Assembly (NCBI GenBank): GCA_024704765.1
Contig: JAKMXF010000317.1
Span: forward strand, 310,160-374,159
DNA length: 64,000 nucleotides
Source of the DNA: Oopsacas minuta
Taxonomy: Eukaryota > Animalia > Porifera
Reading direction: 5' to 3'
Shown: piece by piece, positions 61,479-64,000 of the stretch
How the letters are laid out: each line of letters opens with the position of its first letter
How positions within the stretch are numbered: the stretch's first letter is position 1
Position numbers and translations under genes: made by a program
Notes under the pieces: generated by a model
The model's database searches: none
What the model was told of the DNA's origin: nothing
The model's input: the letters and a program-made list of their open reading frames with translations, nothing else

Positions 61479-62370
61479 GTTTTGATCATCTTTACACAAA
61501 CAATGTTATTCATTTGCCTATAATCATAACCTTATAATCTATAGTATTATCCATATTTTCAGTATTCTTATTATTATTCTTATCTTACCATTCTATCTTT
61601 TTATCTATGTATTTCATTATTATTACTGTACCGACTATACTTTCATATAAGCCTCAGTATTGATCTCAATGGAAAGTTTTTAGGGGTTAATAATATTGAA
61701 TATCCTGAAATATTTCTCAAATACAGCCAAGAAGGCCAAAGTCAGTCGGGGTCTGGTTCAAGCAGCATCAATTTTTTATGAGCAACGAAAAGGGTCATGA
61801 TATAATATTCCGAGAATGTAGGAAAACTCCTTGATCCATGGTTATATATACCTTCTGATGAAAATATCCATTTTCGAGTTTGAGCATATGTATCTCTATT
61901 GTGAAGCAAGGATTATACAATGTAACCTCGTCAATACGTACACCAAGGGACTATCGAGATTTGTACTCCTTATCCGGAGTACGTATTAATCGGAAATTTG
62001 TATTAAATGTGTTTGTATTAACGAGGTTTCACTGTAGATAAATGTGGTTGAGAAATAACTTTTGAAGCTGCCGGTACACTGAATTGTGTCTAGGGAAGTG
62101 TCTGCCATTTTAGTGGATGTATATTTTCACGCTAAACAATACTATTTTTGAGAAAAAAATCTATTATTTCAATTAATTTTGCATATACAAGTTTCCCTCA
62201 TGTTTTCATGCTTGTTTGCTTTCCATTTTGTATTTCTAACTAGAATAAATGTCAACGGGATTTGTAAATATCAAAAGTAATTCAATAGAGACATAATAGA
62301 TGAAATCAGTATAGCATAGGTCCTGACGGTACTTGCTATGAGAATCGGAATTAATGAAACGAAATCGCTA

Positions 62371-62541
62371 GGGTTTGGACAGTGTGTAAGTAATAATTTC
62401 ATTAGACCACTCCAATTAAATACATTGCTAGACCATAACTAGAAATCCCTGAGCGAGGAGGTAGGGATGAATATTTGCCTCAATATATAGAGGTGATTAC
62501 AATAGAGGGATAGGGGAAGGCCCGAATAAGCGAAGAGGCAG
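62371..62541 (+). repeat. ~170-bp direct repeat, copy 2
   Basis: See 59513-59680. Confidence 0.9.
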
Positions 62542-62859
62542 TTGCTTCCTCTGGCTCAATGCTAGTTACGCAATACGTAGGTATATACGTGGCTGATTTT
62601 CGATGTTTAGGCTTGTACGAATTTGATGGCGATTGGTAGATTTCGCATGGTCGCACGAACGGACGGAAGTGCGTAATATCGCATTTCTCTATAGGAGCCG
62701 CGAATACATTTCAGAAAAGTGATTGAAAATCTGATAGTGAACGTAATCGCGTTACGTTCACTATCCTTTTTTTGGCGAAAGGATCGAATCACGATCTCCG
62801 ATCATTTTTTAATGATCGTGATCGTGATCGTGATGGGATCATAAATTTGGTGATCGACT

Positions 62860-63150
62860 AACGACGGTGTCATAGGGAATCCTGTTCTCTAAGTGTCTCC
62901 CTTTGTGAATATTGTTCCCCCAAACATTCTTCACTAATGAATGATGTTTAGGGAAACAGGATTCCCTACGGAATACTTGTTCACGTTTCTTGACCCACGT
63001 ACGTGCTGCTAAGTGTGCAAAGGGAAACACTTGGAGAAACAGGGTTTCCTAGGGAATCATGTTTCCCTAAACATCATTCAATAGTGAATAATGTTCAGGA
63101 GAACAATATTACCTAGAGGGCAACAGGATTTCCTCTGACGCCGGGTCGTT
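62860..63150. mobile_element. Palindromic MITE-like element (partial copy at ~28830-28950)
   Basis: Arms GG(T/C)GTCA(T/G)AGG.AATCCTGTT...AATGATGTTTAGGGAAAC are reverse complements; superfamily not assigned. Confidence 0.65.
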
Positions 63151-63249
63151 GAAGCAAGTGGCTATATATATTGACTCATATATCTCTCATTCAAGGGCAT
63201 TTATATTTGGAATTATGAATGGGGAAGGGGGGGTTATCAGGAGATTTGC

Positions 63250-63620
63250 CGCCCCACCTTCGGGTTAGCAGTCTCTCCTGGGTTAAATATACCTAATCCC
63301 CATGCTATGTAGGAAGACTATAGTTGGCTCTATCTAAGTCATTATATTCAAAGCCACCAATAATTAATGGGATAAACTTACTCCTAATACAATCCTCAAG
63401 AGGTTCAAAATGGTCAGAGATGTGTTGATAGTTCTCATAACATAGTACCATCAAATATATATGCATAGTATCCAATTTGGGGCTCTGTCCTAGCAAACAC
63501 ACAAAGTTCTCCCAACTCTACTATCCAATTTGCGACCTTCGCTAACATACTTTCTCTGGAAAGCTTCGGTACTTATAGATGAAACAAGACTTCTTCGCTT
63601 CTCGTCGAAATCGGAGCTTT
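63250..63620 (-). mobile_element. Non-LTR retrotransposon remnant (CRE-like, region C-terminal to RT)
   Basis: Disrupted translation FQRKYVS/KVANWIVELGEL..FARTEPQ..Y, HFEPLEDCIRSKFIP.I.G...DLDR...SLPT*HGGLGIFNP. Confidence 0.7.
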
Positions 63621-64000
63621 GCAGAGCAAAATTTAGTTTTGACGGTATTATTTTATTTCTGGATTATTGGAAATAGTATTAGCTTTCGAATACGAAATCC
63701 AACAGAAATAGACATTTCTATCTGTACTTATGTATTCATATTGTTCAAGGTATAACAAATAAAGTGCTAATTCAAATGACTTTTGAAGATAACAGTAAAA
63801 CAGTTTGTTATGATTTGATTATACGCCCTAAAGGCTGCCAGAATATTAATTTTCCAATTTATGGAATGATGATCCATCTCATTCAGGTGTTAATGAAACA
63901 TTTGCATGAAGTTTACTTCACTAGTAATTCAATTACAATATAGAATGATTGACTAGTATTTCTCCCACCTAAGTAGATTTTCACAATACTAATACCAATT

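Overview
AT-rich, intron-containing eukaryotic (animal-type) genomic DNA densely packed with DNA transposons; no prokaryotic features. The large RING-less coiled-coil+NHL family is reminiscent of sponge genomes such as glass sponges, but that taxon guess is inference only. Host genes: a 7-exon monoglyceride lipase (MGLL-like, minus, 44894-55685); four coiled-coil+NHL beta-propeller genes in two paralog pairs (one intact and one frameshifted copy per pair); a 2-exon coiled-coil gene; a 676-aa multi-pass membrane protein; a 5'-incomplete Frizzled-like 7TM ORF; and two orphan ORFs. Mobile DNA: several hAT lineages (one inserted in a 36-bp minisatellite, one nested in another hAT, a Buster/Charlie fossil), P-superfamily long-TIR elements, Tc1/pogo and Harbinger MITEs, a Ginger/Gypsy-type integrase remnant, a CRE-like non-LTR remnant and Helitron-like repeats. 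Main finding: a 3.7-kb piece of ordinary chromosome (rhodanese 3' end + intact 676-aa gene + MCU 5' part) splits a Buster transposase into two halves that rejoin in frame across a 3-bp ACG direct repeat. Also notable: NHL paralog differences cluster at equivalent positions of each propeller blade, and most host genes have a splice acceptor 0-8 nt before the ATG. All coordinates, alignments and counts were done by hand.
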